NCBI GenBank assembly: GCA_900617105.1
Contig: UYFQ01000001.1
Span: forward strand, 2,604,001-2,668,000
DNA from: Hydrurus foetidus
Taxonomy: Eukaryota
Reading direction: 5' to 3'
Length of the DNA: 64,000 bases
The position numbers and the translations under genes were made by a program. Positions within the stretch are counted from its first letter, which is position 1, and each line of letters begins with the position of its first letter. Below, in pieces: positions 1 to 9,230 of this stretch. Under the pieces are notes generated by a model. The model was not told the DNA's origin. It saw nothing but the letters and a program-made list of their open reading frames with translations, and ran no database searches.

Positions 1-2
1 GC

Positions 3-734
3 GTGTCGTTGAGCGTGCCTGAAGGCAAAATTGTGGCCATTTTGGGCGGCAATGGCGCGGGCAAAACCACGACTTTGCGGGCGGTTTCCAACCTTCTCAA
101 AGGCGAGCGCGGTGAAGTTACCAAGGGCTCGATTGAGTTGCGCGGTGAGCGGATTGAAAACCTCTCGCCGTCAGACCTGGTGCAACGCGGCGTGGTGCAG
201 GTGATGGAAGGTCGCCATTGTTTCGCTCACCTCACGATTGAGGAAAATCTGGCGGTGGGGGGCTACACACTGAAGTCAAAGGCTGAAGTGGCCCACAACT
301 TAGAGAAGGTCTACACCTACTTTCCGCGTCTGAAAACACGCCGTACTTCGCAAGCTGCTTACACATCGGGCGGCGAGCAGCAAATGTGCGCGATTGGCCG
401 GGCGTTGATGGCAAGCCCCACGATGGTGTTGCTCGATGAGCCATCCATGGGCTTGGCGCCACAGATTGTGGAAGAGGTGTTTGAGATCGTTAAAGACCTG
501 AACCAAAAGGAGAAGGTAACGTTTTTGCTGGCCGAACAAAACACCAACATGGCGCTTCGGTATTCAGACTATGGCTACATCATGGAAAGCGGCCGCGTGG
601 TGATGGACGGTATCGCCAGCGAGTTGGCCAACAATGAAGACGTCAAAGAGTTTTACCTCGGCGTGGGCGGCGGCGAGCGCAAAAGTTTTAAGGACGTGAA
701 AAGCTACAAACGCCGCAAGCGATGGTTGGCTTGA
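3..734 (+). CDS. Branched-chain amino acid-type ABC transporter ATP-binding protein (LivF-like), probably 5'-truncated by the window edge
   Basis: Walker A GGNGAGKT, signature SGGEQQM, Walker B LLDEP. Confidence 0.9.
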   Translation: MSLSVPEGKIVAILGGNGAGKTTTLRAVSNLLKGERGEVTKGSIELRGERIENLSPSDLVQRGVVQVMEGRHCFAHLTIEENLAVGGYTLKSKAEVAHNLEKVYTYFPRLKTRRTSQAAYTSGGEQQMCAIGRALMASPTMVLLDEPSMGLAPQIVEEVFEIVKDLNQKEKVTFLLAEQNTNMALRYSDYGYIMESGRVVMDGIASELANNEDVKEFYLGVGGGERKSFKDVKSYKRRKRWLA

Positions 735-740
735 GCCCGC

Positions 741-2000
741 ATGAAAGAAGTCATGACATCTTTTTTTGACGCAATGGAAACGCGCACACCTGCGGCTAGA
801 GAACAGGCGCTGATGGCCGCATTGCCAAAGCAAGTTGTAAATGCGCAAAAAAATGCGCCCGCGTTTGCCAAACTGTTCAAGGGCGTCGATGCCAGCAACA
901 TCACATCGCGCCAAGCGCTGGCTACCCTTCCAGTCACTCGCAAAAGCGAACTGGTAGATTTGCAAAAAGCGAGTCAAGCTCACGACGTTTTTGGCGGTTT
1001 CAGCGCCTTGCTGCGTGGGCCCAACATGCCGCGCTTGTTCTCGTCACCGGGCCCGATTTATGAGCCCGAAGGCACGGCCAAAGATTATTGGCGCGCGGGC
1101 AGAGCCATGTATGCAGCGGGCTTTCGATCGGGCGACCTGGCACACAACTCGTTCAGCTACCACATGACGCCTGGCGCTTTCATCATGGAGTCGGGCTTGC
1201 ATGCGGTCGGTTGCACGGTGTTTCCAGCAGGCATTGGGCAGACTGAGCAGCAGCTGGAAGCCATTGCCGCACTTCGCCCGGATGGTTACTCGGGCACGCC
1301 GAGCTTTCTGCGGATTCTGGTCGAAAAAGCGGAAGCAATCGGCAGTGACATCAGCAGCATGAAAAAAGGCTTGGTTGGTGGCGAAGCTTTTCCGCCCAGC
1401 CTTCGTGACTGGTTTACTGCGCGCGGCATGGCCATTTACCAATGCTATGCCACCGCTGATTTAGGTTTGATCGCGTACGAGACTGAAGCTCGCGAGGGCC
1501 TGGTGATTGACGAAGGCGTGATTGTTGAAATTGTCCGTCCTGGAACCGGCGACCTGGTCAATGACGGTGAGGTAGGCGAGCTGGTGGTGACCACGCTGAA
1601 CCCCGACTACCCGCTGATCAGGTTTGGTACGGGTGACTTGTCGGCCATGCTGCCCGGTCAGTGCCCGACGGGCCGTACCAACAGCCGTATCAAGGGCTGG
1701 ATGGGCCGGGCAGACCAAACCGTGAAAATTCGAGGCATGTTTGTACACCCCGGACAGGTTGCCGCCATTGCGCGCCGCTTTCCTGAAGTGCTCAAAGCGC
1801 GCTTGGTAGTCAGTGGTGAAATGGCCAACGACAGCATGCATTTTCAGGTTGAAGCGTCGTCCAACCCGAGCGGTCTAGACCAAAAAATCAGCGACGCGAT
1901 TCGCGATGTCACCAAGCTACGCGGCACAGTTGAACTGGTTGCGCCGGGCAGCCTGCCGAATGACGGCAAAGTGATAGAAGACGCGCGCAGCTACAAGTAA
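741..2000 (+). CDS. Phenylacetate-CoA ligase family (PaaK-like) AMP-binding protein; alternative start at 753
   Basis: YATADLG, RFGTGD and GRADQ..KIRG motifs of the adenylate-forming PaaK-like family. Confidence 0.85.
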   Translation: MKEVMTSFFDAMETRTPAAREQALMAALPKQVVNAQKNAPAFAKLFKGVDASNITSRQALATLPVTRKSELVDLQKASQAHDVFGGFSALLRGPNMPRLFSSPGPIYEPEGTAKDYWRAGRAMYAAGFRSGDLAHNSFSYHMTPGAFIMESGLHAVGCTVFPAGIGQTEQQLEAIAALRPDGYSGTPSFLRILVEKAEAIGSDISSMKKGLVGGEAFPPSLRDWFTARGMAIYQCYATADLGLIAYETEAREGLVIDEGVIVEIVRPGTGDLVNDGEVGELVVTTLNPDYPLIRFGTGDLSAMLPGQCPTGRTNSRIKGWMGRADQTVKIRGMFVHPGQVAAIARRFPEVLKARLVVSGEMANDSMHFQVEASSNPSGLDQKISDAIRDVTKLRGTVELVAPGSLPNDGKVIEDARSYK

Positions 2001-2117
2001 CGCTGTCTGGAGCTTCGATTTGCCCCTGAAAACGGGGTTTCACTTAAGTAGTTCCCGGGGTACACAAGTTCAGGCCAAACCCTACACTTACCGTGTTTTA
2101 CCAACCCGAGAATATTT

Positions 2118-3116
2118 ATGAAAAAGCTTCTTGTTTTAGCCGCTGCGGCTTTAAGCGTGCTGGCTGGCACGCAAACTTCTGCGCAAACCTACCCTGGCAC
2201 CAGGCCGGTCACTTTTGTTGTGCCTTTTGCCGCGGGCGGACCGACTGATAAAGTCGCGCGCGATTTGGCCGAAGCAATGCGCAAATCGATGGGCGGCGGC
2301 GCCAACTTTGTTGTTGAAAACGTCAACGGTGCTGGCGGTACGATTGGCGCTACCAAGGTCGCTAAAGCCGCGCCCGACGGCTACACGTTGCTGTTGTTTC
2401 ATATCGGCATGGCATCTACCCCCGCGCTGTACCGCAAGCTGGGCTACAAGCCGCTTGAAGATTTTGAGTACCTCGGTATGGTCAACGAAGTGCCGATGAC
2501 GCTGATTGGCAAGCCGCAGTTGCCCGCCAACACCTACCGCGATTTTGAAAATTACATTCGCACCAACGCTAGCAGTTTGAACATTGCCCACGCCGGTTTG
2601 GGCTCAGCGTCGCACCTGTGCGGTTTGATGTGGCAAGCGGCCGTTAAGGCTAAAGAAGCCATGACCACCATTCCGTTTGGCGGCACAGCGCCCGCAATGA
2701 ATGCTCTGGTCGGCGGCCAGGTAGATTTGATGTGTGACCAAACCACCAACACGTCGAGTCAAATTGAGTCCGGCCGGGTTAAAGCTTTTGCGGTGACCAC
2801 CGCGAAACCACTGAGCAACAACAAGCTGCTCAAAGACTACCCCACCTTGCAGGAAATGGGCTTAAAAGGGTTTGACCTGACCATTTGGCACGGTTTATAT
2901 GCGCCCAAGGGCACACCGCCTGCAGTGCTGACCGCGCTCAACGAGGGGCTGAAAAAAGCGCTCAAAGACCCTGACTTCATTAAAAAGCAGGAAAGCCTGG
3001 GGGCAGTAGTAGTGACCGACAAGCGTGTTGAGCCAGCTGCACACAAAGCTTTTGTCGCATCTGAAATCGCCAAGCTTAAAGTGGTCATTGACGCCGCCAA
3101 GCAATACGCCGACTGA
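2118..3116 (+). CDS. Bug/TctC tripartite tricarboxylate transporter substrate-binding protein
   Basis: Signal peptide; VPFAAGGPTD, ENVNGAGGTIG and PDGYTLL motifs. Confidence 0.92.
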   Translation: MKKLLVLAAAALSVLAGTQTSAQTYPGTRPVTFVVPFAAGGPTDKVARDLAEAMRKSMGGGANFVVENVNGAGGTIGATKVAKAAPDGYTLLLFHIGMASTPALYRKLGYKPLEDFEYLGMVNEVPMTLIGKPQLPANTYRDFENYIRTNASSLNIAHAGLGSASHLCGLMWQAAVKAKEAMTTIPFGGTAPAMNALVGGQVDLMCDQTTNTSSQIESGRVKAFAVTTAKPLSNNKLLKDYPTLQEMGLKGFDLTIWHGLYAPKGTPPAVLTALNEGLKKALKDPDFIKKQESLGAVVVTDKRVEPAAHKAFVASEIAKLKVVIDAAKQYAD

Positions 3117-3135
3117 CCTCTTGCAGCTTTGCATC

Positions 3136-3171
3136 AAGCCGCCTGAGCCGACCGGACAGGCGGTTTTTTTT
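3136..3171 (+). terminator. Rho-independent terminator
   Basis: AAGCCGCCTG...CAGGCGGTTT stem followed by a T8 run, directly after the Bug gene. Confidence 0.85.
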
Positions 3172-3207
3172 ATCACCGGTCACGATTAAATTCGAAAAAG
3201 GGTAAAA

Positions 3208-4218
3208 ATGCGTTCAATTTCAAGGTCAAAAAGGCTTCTAGCCCAATTAATATGTGCGCAAGCAGCTATTTTTATAATAGCGTCAGGCAGCTGGGCGCAA
3301 ACCGCCTGGCCCAATAAGCCGGTGCGCATTATTGTGCCGTTTGCAGCCGGCGGCACCACTGATATTTTGGCGCGGGCGATGGCGCCTGAATTGACCAAAG
3401 CCTTTGGCCAATCCTTCATAGTTGAAAACCGTGCAGGCGCTGGCGGCAATATTGGCGCCGATCTGGTGGCCAAGTCACCGCCCGACGGCTACACAATTTT
3501 GATGGGCACAGTCGGCACGCACGGCATCAACAAAGCGCTGTACGCCAAGATGCCCTACGACTCGCAAAAAGACTTTGCACCGATCACGCTGGTAGCTGGC
3601 GTGCCAAACGTGATGGTGATGAATGCCGAAAAAGCGCGCGCATTGAACATCAACACCGTGCCAGACTTCATCAAATACGCCAAGGCTAACCCGGCCAAGC
3701 TCAGCATGGCGTCTAGCGGCAATGGCACTTCGATTCACTTGGCTGGCGAGTTGTTCAAGTCGCGTACGGGTGTTTTCATGACGCACATACCGTACCGCGG
3801 CTCGGGCCCTGCGCTGCTTGACTTGGTGGGCGGCAGTGTGGACGTGATGTTTGACAACCTGCCTTCAGCGCTGCCGCAAATCAAGGCGGGCAAGCTCAAA
3901 GCCTTTGCCGTGACCAGCGCACAACGCTCAAGCGCCGTGCCTGAGTTGCCGACGATTGAAGAAGCGGGCAAACTGCCTGGCTTTGACGCCAGCTCGTGGT
4001 TTGGTTTGTTAGCCCCGGCTGGCACACCGCCAGACATCGTCGCCCGTATTCAGCAAGAAGTGGCCAAGTCACTGGGCACGCCAGCGATAAAGGAAAAGCT
4101 GTTGGCACAAGGCGCAATTCCGGGGGGCAATACGCCTGAGCAGTTCAACGCCTTTATTAACGCAGAGCACGTGAAGTGGGCGCAGGTCGTGAAGGTGTCG
4201 GGCGCAAAGGTCGACTAA
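3208..4218 (+). CDS. Bug/TctC substrate-binding protein
   Basis: [26 protein letters not shown] and PYRGSGPA motifs; the signal peptide is partly encoded by the 43-bp repeat. Confidence 0.92.
   Translation: MRSISRSKRLLAQLICAQAAIFIIASGSWAQTAWPNKPVRIIVPFAAGGTTDILARAMAPELTKAFGQSFIVENRAGAGGNIGADLVAKSPPDGYTILMGTVGTHGINKALYAKMPYDSQKDFAPITLVAGVPNVMVMNAEKARALNINTVPDFIKYAKANPAKLSMASSGNGTSIHLAGELFKSRTGVFMTHIPYRGSGPALLDLVGGSVDVMFDNLPSALPQIKAGKLKAFAVTSAQRSSAVPELPTIEEAGKLPGFDASSWFGLLAPAGTPPDIVARIQQEVAKSLGTPAIKEKLLAQGAIPGGNTPEQFNAFINAEHVKWAQVVKVSGAKVD
3239..3281 (+). repeat. 43-bp dispersed repeat, copy 1 (in frame within the Bug signal peptide)
   Basis: TAGCCCAATTAATATGTGCGCAAGCAGCTATTTTTATAATAGC aligns without gaps to 13 other copies. 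Confidence 0.85.
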
Positions 4219-4236
4219 GGCGCGTCCAGAGATTGG

Positions 4237-4539
4237 TTAGACACCCCAAACCACATCAGTATTGGCTTTGTGATTACGCTGCAGCATGTCAATAAATGGC
4301 ATGGAGCGCTGGCGCAACCCGGGTGAGTCGCCCCGAACAACACCTTCGTCGTGATTTTCGTCATGCGACTCTTCCAGCGCAATCGCCGCTTTTAGCGCCT
4401 GAATGGCCACTGGCATTTGCGCCGCCAAAATGATGCCGGTGGACCCCGCTTCCTTGCCGATGACCTCAAGCACGCGCCGCGCGTTGGGCTCCAGCATGAT
4501 GACGTCACCTGCGTTTTTTGATTTGAATTTATAAAGCAT
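4237..4539 (-). CDS. DUF1840 family protein
   Basis: MLYKFKSK..GDVIML start and C-terminal QR..PFIDML...VVWGV pattern. Confidence 0.8.
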   Translation of the reverse strand: MLYKFKSKNAGDVIMLEPNARRVLEVIGKEAGSTGIILAAQMPVAIQALKAAIALEESHDENHDEGVVRGDSPGLRQRSMPFIDMLQRNHKANTDVVWGV

Positions 4540-4664
4540 AAAACGCTCCAGAAGGGTAATCGACTTGAAGCCAGATTATGTGATCAAGCTGTGCGACGCG
4601 CTGTAGGCAATGTTCCCGGGTAATGAATACTGCTAACCAACGGGAGGAAGGTCAAGTTTCAATC

Positions 4665-4707
4665 GCTATTATATTTATAGCTGTTTGCGCCTGTATTTAT
4701 TGGGCTG
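4665..4707 (-). repeat. 43-bp dispersed repeat, copy 2 (intergenic)
   Basis: Reverse complement CAGCCCAATAAATACAGGCGCAAACAGCTATAAATATAATAGC. Confidence 0.9.
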
Positions 4708-4755
4708 TAGACTTAAAAGACTGCCAGATACGGCTAGATACGGCTAAATACCAAC

Positions 4756-5907
4756 TTACCGGATCACTTTTCCTTCTGGCGTGATGGTGACCAAATCAAC
4801 CAGCCGAACCGACTCGTACTTTTTGGGCCGCAGGTTGACGCGAAAACCATTCATGTCGAAGTCAGTCATCGACTCAAATGCCTTGAGCAAGCTTGCACGG
4901 TCTGGCTTGCTACTGCCCTGCGCGCTGCGCCGCACACCTTCGGCAAAGGCCCGCGCAGCCACGTAGCCTTCAACGCTTTCGTAGCTGGGGGTTTGGTCGG
5001 TCGCGTTCAACACGTCAAGGTATTCCTTGATTAACGGCGTGCCCAAGCTGCGCGGCGAAGGCACAACCTGAGAAATGACAATGCCGCCTATTTCTTTGCC
5101 CAGCGACGTGAACAGCGGGTCAATTCCCACCACTGAAAACGTTAAAAATTGCCCACCGTAGCCCGCTTTTCGGGCCTTGCGGATAAAGGCGGCAGCCGAA
5201 TTGAAGAGGCTGACTTGAATGATGGCCTGTGGGTTTGATTTAAGTAGCGACTCAACCGCAGCGTCTACCTTTTCGCTGTTGACGGCGGACAATGCGCTGG
5301 CCACTACCGGCGGGCGCTTCAAGTCGCTAAGCGCTTGGTTAATCGCGGCCAGCCCGCCCCGACCCATGGCGTCGTCTTCGGCAAACACAGCAATGCGGTT
5401 TTGGTTAAGCGTAGCGCAGTGGCGTGCAATTTTAAAGGCTTCATCGCTTAATGCGGGGCGAACATGAAACACGTTGCCTGCGTCGCCGGCATGCAACGCA
5501 TCAGCGGCAGCAAAAGGCGCGAAAAACGCGACGCCCGAAGCCTTGGTCGCCGCGTAGGCAGCGTCGCAACTGGCGGTGCCGGCAAAGCCAAACAAGGCGT
5601 CCACACCTTCATCAACCAGTTGTTTGGCGTTGGCGGCCGCCTTAACTGCGCTGTAACCGTCGTCAAGTGCGCGCACTTCTATTTTGTAGCCGGCAATTCC
5701 GTTTTTGGCGTTGGCGGCGTCAAAAAACATTTTGGCGCCGTTCAAGTAGGCCAGGCCGATTTGGTCGGCTGCCCCCGTCAGAGGAACAGACTGGCCCAGC
5801 ACTAGTTTGCGTGCGCCTTTGGCGCCCTGTGCGCGGCCGGTTTGGCTAAAGCCAACAGCGGTGGCGGCTGCGCTGCTCAACATCAGGGTACGGCGATTCA
5901 TCAACAT
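4756..5907 (-). CDS. Periplasmic binding protein (LivJ/Leu-binding family) with Tat-like signal
   Basis: MNRRTLML twin-arginine start; GQSVPLTG, LDDGY and SQVVPSP motifs; ATG at 5907 preferred to TTG at 5919. Confidence 0.85.
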   Translation of the reverse strand: MLMNRRTLMLSSAAATAVGFSQTGRAQGAKGARKLVLGQSVPLTGAADQIGLAYLNGAKMFFDAANAKNGIAGYKIEVRALDDGYSAVKAAANAKQLVDEGVDALFGFAGTASCDAAYAATKASGVAFFAPFAAADALHAGDAGNVFHVRPALSDEAFKIARHCATLNQNRIAVFAEDDAMGRGGLAAINQALSDLKRPPVVASALSAVNSEKVDAAVESLLKSNPQAIIQVSLFNSAAAFIRKARKAGYGGQFLTFSVVGIDPLFTSLGKEIGGIVISQVVPSPRSLGTPLIKEYLDVLNATDQTPSYESVEGYVAARAFAEGVRRSAQGSSKPDRASLLKAFESMTDFDMNGFRVNLRPKKYESVRLVDLVTITPEGKVIR

Positions 5908-6146
5908 GGCGACCTTCAAAAAAAACCAGAAACCATAAGCCTCGAATTTGAGGCGGAACGTACAGCTACTCTGCGCATTTTTAATGCCAACTGCCGAGGT
6001 AGCAGTACTCGACCGAAACGCTGCGTTTGCCTGTTACCAGCCGTAAGCGTAAACCACTTAACCGAGAAAGGCCATAGCGTTAAATGCCGAGTAAGAATGT
6101 ATTAACGCAAAACAAAACCCGCCGGGAGCCTACTGCCAACGCGGAC

Positions 6147-7361
6147 TCAACCAAAAGCTGCGGTAAAAGCAAGCCCCCCGTGGAGCCGCTGGTGCTCTTT
6201 AGCGGCGAAGCGATCGGTCATGCCGGCGATGTAGTCTGCCACCACACGTTCTGTTTTAAGCGCAGACTGCCCGAGGCAGGCGGCGCTTTGCCCCTGTAAA
6301 CGCACCACATGCGCAGGGGGCATCTGCGCGGGGTCGGCCAAATACGCATTGAAAAGATCGCGCACGACGTCTTTGGCCGTTTGGGTGGTGGCCAAGACTT
6401 GCTCGTGACGGTACAAGTTGCTGAATAAAAACCGTTTTAGTGCAGCTGATCTGGAAGCCATCCCGGCTGAAAAACACACCAGGGCCGGGCATTGGCGTGC
6501 CTCGTCTGCGCTTGCGGGAGCCGCATTGGCCAGCGCCGCCCGGCTCGAAGCCATCACGTCATAGACCTGCGCGCTGAGCATGCGGCGAATCGCTTCAAAG
6601 AGCAGCCTGCGGCCGGTAAGCTGCGGGTGATCAAGTAGCGCCTGCGCACAAAACTCGGCGAAAAGCTCCACACCCTGCAATTGCTCAAGCGACAGCAAGC
6701 CTGAACGCACGCCGTCGTCAATGTCATGTGCGTTGTAGGCGATTTCGTCAGCTAAATTGGTCAGTTGCGCCTCAAGACTGGGCTGCAAAATTTGCGTATT
6801 TCGGCTACTCGGCGATGAAAAGCGCTGCGCGATACCGCCCGGTTCTCGGGCTTCGATCCGCCTGGCGTTGCGAGCCGAGCAATGCTTGAGTATTCCCTCG
6901 CGGGTTTCGAAAGTTAAATTCAATCCGTCAAAGGCGGGGTAGCGCTCTTCAAGCGAATCGACTACTCGCAAGCTTTGCAGGTTGTGCTCAAAACCAGCGC
7001 TGGCGGGGTTGTGTAATTTCAAACAGGCGTTAAGAGCATCTTGCCCGGCATGACCGAATGGTGTGTGGCCCAAATCGTGCGCCAGCGCAATAGTCTCGAC
7101 CAAGTCTTCGTTAAGGCCAAGCCCGCGTGCAATAGACCGGCCCAACTGCGCCACCTCTAGTGAATGCGTCAATCGGGTTCGAAACAAATCGCCTTCGTGG
7201 TTTAGGAAAACTTGAGTTTTGTAGACCAGCCGGCGAAAAGCCGTGCTGTGAATGATGCGGTCACGGTCGCGTTGAAAGTCTGACCGGGTGGGCGCTGGCG
7301 CTTCGAAGATGCGCCTTCCTCGGGTGTTGACGGGATTCGATGCGTACGGGGCTATTTTCAT
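6147..7361 (-). CDS. dgt: Deoxyguanosinetriphosphate triphosphohydrolase
   Basis: RDRDRIIHS, RTRLTHSLEV, HD motif AHDLGHTPFGH, DYIAGMTD. Confidence 0.95.
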   Translation of the reverse strand: MKIAPYASNPVNTRGRRIFEAPAPTRSDFQRDRDRIIHSTAFRRLVYKTQVFLNHEGDLFRTRLTHSLEVAQLGRSIARGLGLNEDLVETIALAHDLGHTPFGHAGQDALNACLKLHNPASAGFEHNLQSLRVVDSLEERYPAFDGLNLTFETREGILKHCSARNARRIEAREPGGIAQRFSSPSSRNTQILQPSLEAQLTNLADEIAYNAHDIDDGVRSGLLSLEQLQGVELFAEFCAQALLDHPQLTGRRLLFEAIRRMLSAQVYDVMASSRAALANAAPASADEARQCPALVCFSAGMASRSAALKRFLFSNLYRHEQVLATTQTAKDVVRDLFNAYLADPAQMPPAHVVRLQGQSAACLGQSALKTERVVADYIAGMTDRFAAKEHQRLHGGLAFTAAFG

Positions 7362-7376
7362 GATAAAACGCGTCCT

Positions 7377-7419
7377 TAGCCCAATGAATTCAGGCGCAAG
7401 CAGCTCCTAATTTAATAGC
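7377..7419 (+). repeat. 43-bp dispersed repeat, copy 3 (aroB-dgt intergenic, antisense to both genes)
   Basis: TAGCCCAATGAATTCAGGCGCAAGCAGCTCCTAATTTAATAGC. Confidence 0.85.
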
Positions 7420-7449
7420 TACTTGAACAGGCGTTGGTTTGCCTTTGCA

Positions 7450-8565
7450 TCACTTGCTGCACGTATCAATGACTTCGCGCACCACCGCGTCAGGCACAGC
7501 GCGCAGGCAGGCGCGGCCGGGGCCATCGATCAACACAAATCGAATTTCACCCGCCTCGGATTTTTTATCAACACGCATGAGCTCTAGGTAGCGGCCAGCG
7601 TTATCGCTCTGGCTAAGAACCGGCGCGCGGGTAGGCAGCCCGGCGCGGCTGATCAGATCGGTGAGGCGCTGTACAAAGGCTTTATCGACCAAGCTCATTC
7701 GCTCGGACAAGTGCGCCGCCATGACCATGCCACAGCCTACTCCCTCTCCGTGCAGCCACTTGCCGTAACCCAAAGCGGATTCAATAGCATGGCCAAAGGT
7801 ATGGCCAAAATTGAGGATCGCGCGCAGGCCAGTTTCGCGCTCGTCCTGCCCTACTACGGCAGCTTTGATTTCGCAGCTGCGCTGCACCGCGTAGGCCAAA
7901 GCGGCGCTGTCGCTGGCCAGAAGCGCGTCCAGGTTTTCCTCCAGCCAGGCCATGAAAGCCATGTCGGCAATGGGCCCGTACTTGATGACTTCGGCCAAGC
8001 CAGCGCTGAGCTCTTTGGATGGCAGTGTTTTAAGCACATCCAGATCGCACACCACCAACTGCGGCTGATAAAAGGCGCCAATCATGTTTTTACCCAGCGG
8101 ATGATTGATAGCCGTCTTGCCGCCGACCGACGAGTCCACCTGCGCCAGCAATGTGGTGGGCACTTGAACAAAAGGCACACCGCGCATGTAACAGGCCGCG
8201 GCAAACCCGGTCATGTCGCCGACCACGCCGCCGCCCAGCGCGAACAAGACAGTTTTGCGGTCGCAACCATGTTGCAGCAGCGCATCAAAAACGAGGTGTA
8301 ACGTTGGCCAATCCTTATGCGCCTCACCATCGGGCAGGTTGAGCAACAGCACTCTAGTGAAACGGACGGCGAGGGCCGCCTGCAATCGCGCTGCATACAA
8401 GGGCGCTACCGTTACGTTAGACACGATCAACGCGGTATGACCACTAGGGATGTGCTGCCACGTTCCCGGATCACCTAAAAGCCCGGCGCCGATCAAGATA
8501 GGGTAGCTGCGCTCTGCAAGGCTGATTTCAACATGGGTGGGCATTAGCTGTAGCGTCGCTGTCAT
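7450..8565 (-). CDS. aroB: 3-dehydroquinate synthase
   Basis: [38 protein letters not shown] motifs. Confidence 0.97.
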   Translation of the reverse strand: MTATLQLMPTHVEISLAERSYPILIGAGLLGDPGTWQHIPSGHTALIVSNVTVAPLYAARLQAALAVRFTRVLLLNLPDGEAHKDWPTLHLVFDALLQHGCDRKTVLFALGGGVVGDMTGFAAACYMRGVPFVQVPTTLLAQVDSSVGGKTAINHPLGKNMIGAFYQPQLVVCDLDVLKTLPSKELSAGLAEVIKYGPIADMAFMAWLEENLDALLASDSAALAYAVQRSCEIKAAVVGQDERETGLRAILNFGHTFGHAIESALGYGKWLHGEGVGCGMVMAAHLSERMSLVDKAFVQRLTDLISRAGLPTRAPVLSQSDNAGRYLELMRVDKKSEAGEIRFVLIDGPGRACLRAVPDAVVREVIDTCSK

Positions 8566-8645
8566 GGCCTTAAGTGTAAAGGCGGTTGTGATTGCGACAC
8601 TGATCAGCGGTCAGCCGACTCGCAAACCGAGACCTGAGAGCCGCG

Positions 8646-9185
8646 CTAAAGCAGTGACAGCACGCCGGCTAGTTCGAGCTGCGCCAGGATCGTGCCGACC
8701 AGCATGAACACAGTGGGACGGCCCGTTTCCACTACAAAATGTGCAGTCTGGCGATAAAGCGGATCGCGCTGGTCGTAAAGTTCTTTGAGCCTGGCCAAAG
8801 GGTCTGGTACCTGCAGCAGTGGCCGGCTTTGATCATTTCGCAACCGGCGAAAGACTTCTTCCGCAGACGAATGCAAGTACACCGTTTGCGTGCGGGTACG
8901 CAGGTTGTGGCGGTTACCTGCGCGCAACACTGCTCCGCCACCCGTCGACAGCACACAGGCAGTGTGTTCGGTTAACTCGCTTAATACGATTTCTTCAAGA
9001 TCCCGAAAAGCCGCCTCTCCTTCGCGCTCAAAAAACTCTCTTACTGAGCAACCTATTCGTTGCTCAATGACTTGATCAGAATCGTAAAACCGGGCATTCA
9101 GCCGACGCGCCAACTGCCGACCCACCACCGACTTGCCGGATCCGGGCAAGCCAACGCAGGAGATGGTGGGCAGATTTGCATTCAA
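8646..9185 (-). CDS. aroK: Shikimate kinase
   Basis: GLPGSGKS P-loop, GEAAFRDLE, STGGG, RPLL; lies between pilQ and aroB. Confidence 0.93.
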   Translation of the reverse strand: MNANLPTISCVGLPGSGKSVVGRQLARRLNARFYDSDQVIEQRIGCSVREFFEREGEAAFRDLEEIVLSELTEHTACVLSTGGGAVLRAGNRHNLRTRTQTVYLHSSAEEVFRRLRNDQSRPLLQVPDPLARLKELYDQRDPLYRQTAHFVVETGRPTVFMLVGTILAQLELAGVLSLL

Positions 9186-9230
9186 TGTAAATTCAAAACG
9201 CCGCCAAAGGCGTTTTTTTAAGAGCCTAAA

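Noticed and set aside
4724..4750. Short tandem AGATACGGCT x2 (and TGACA x3 at 63540-63554)
   Set aside because: Two to three short units in intergenic DNA; consistent with slippage, no evidence of function.
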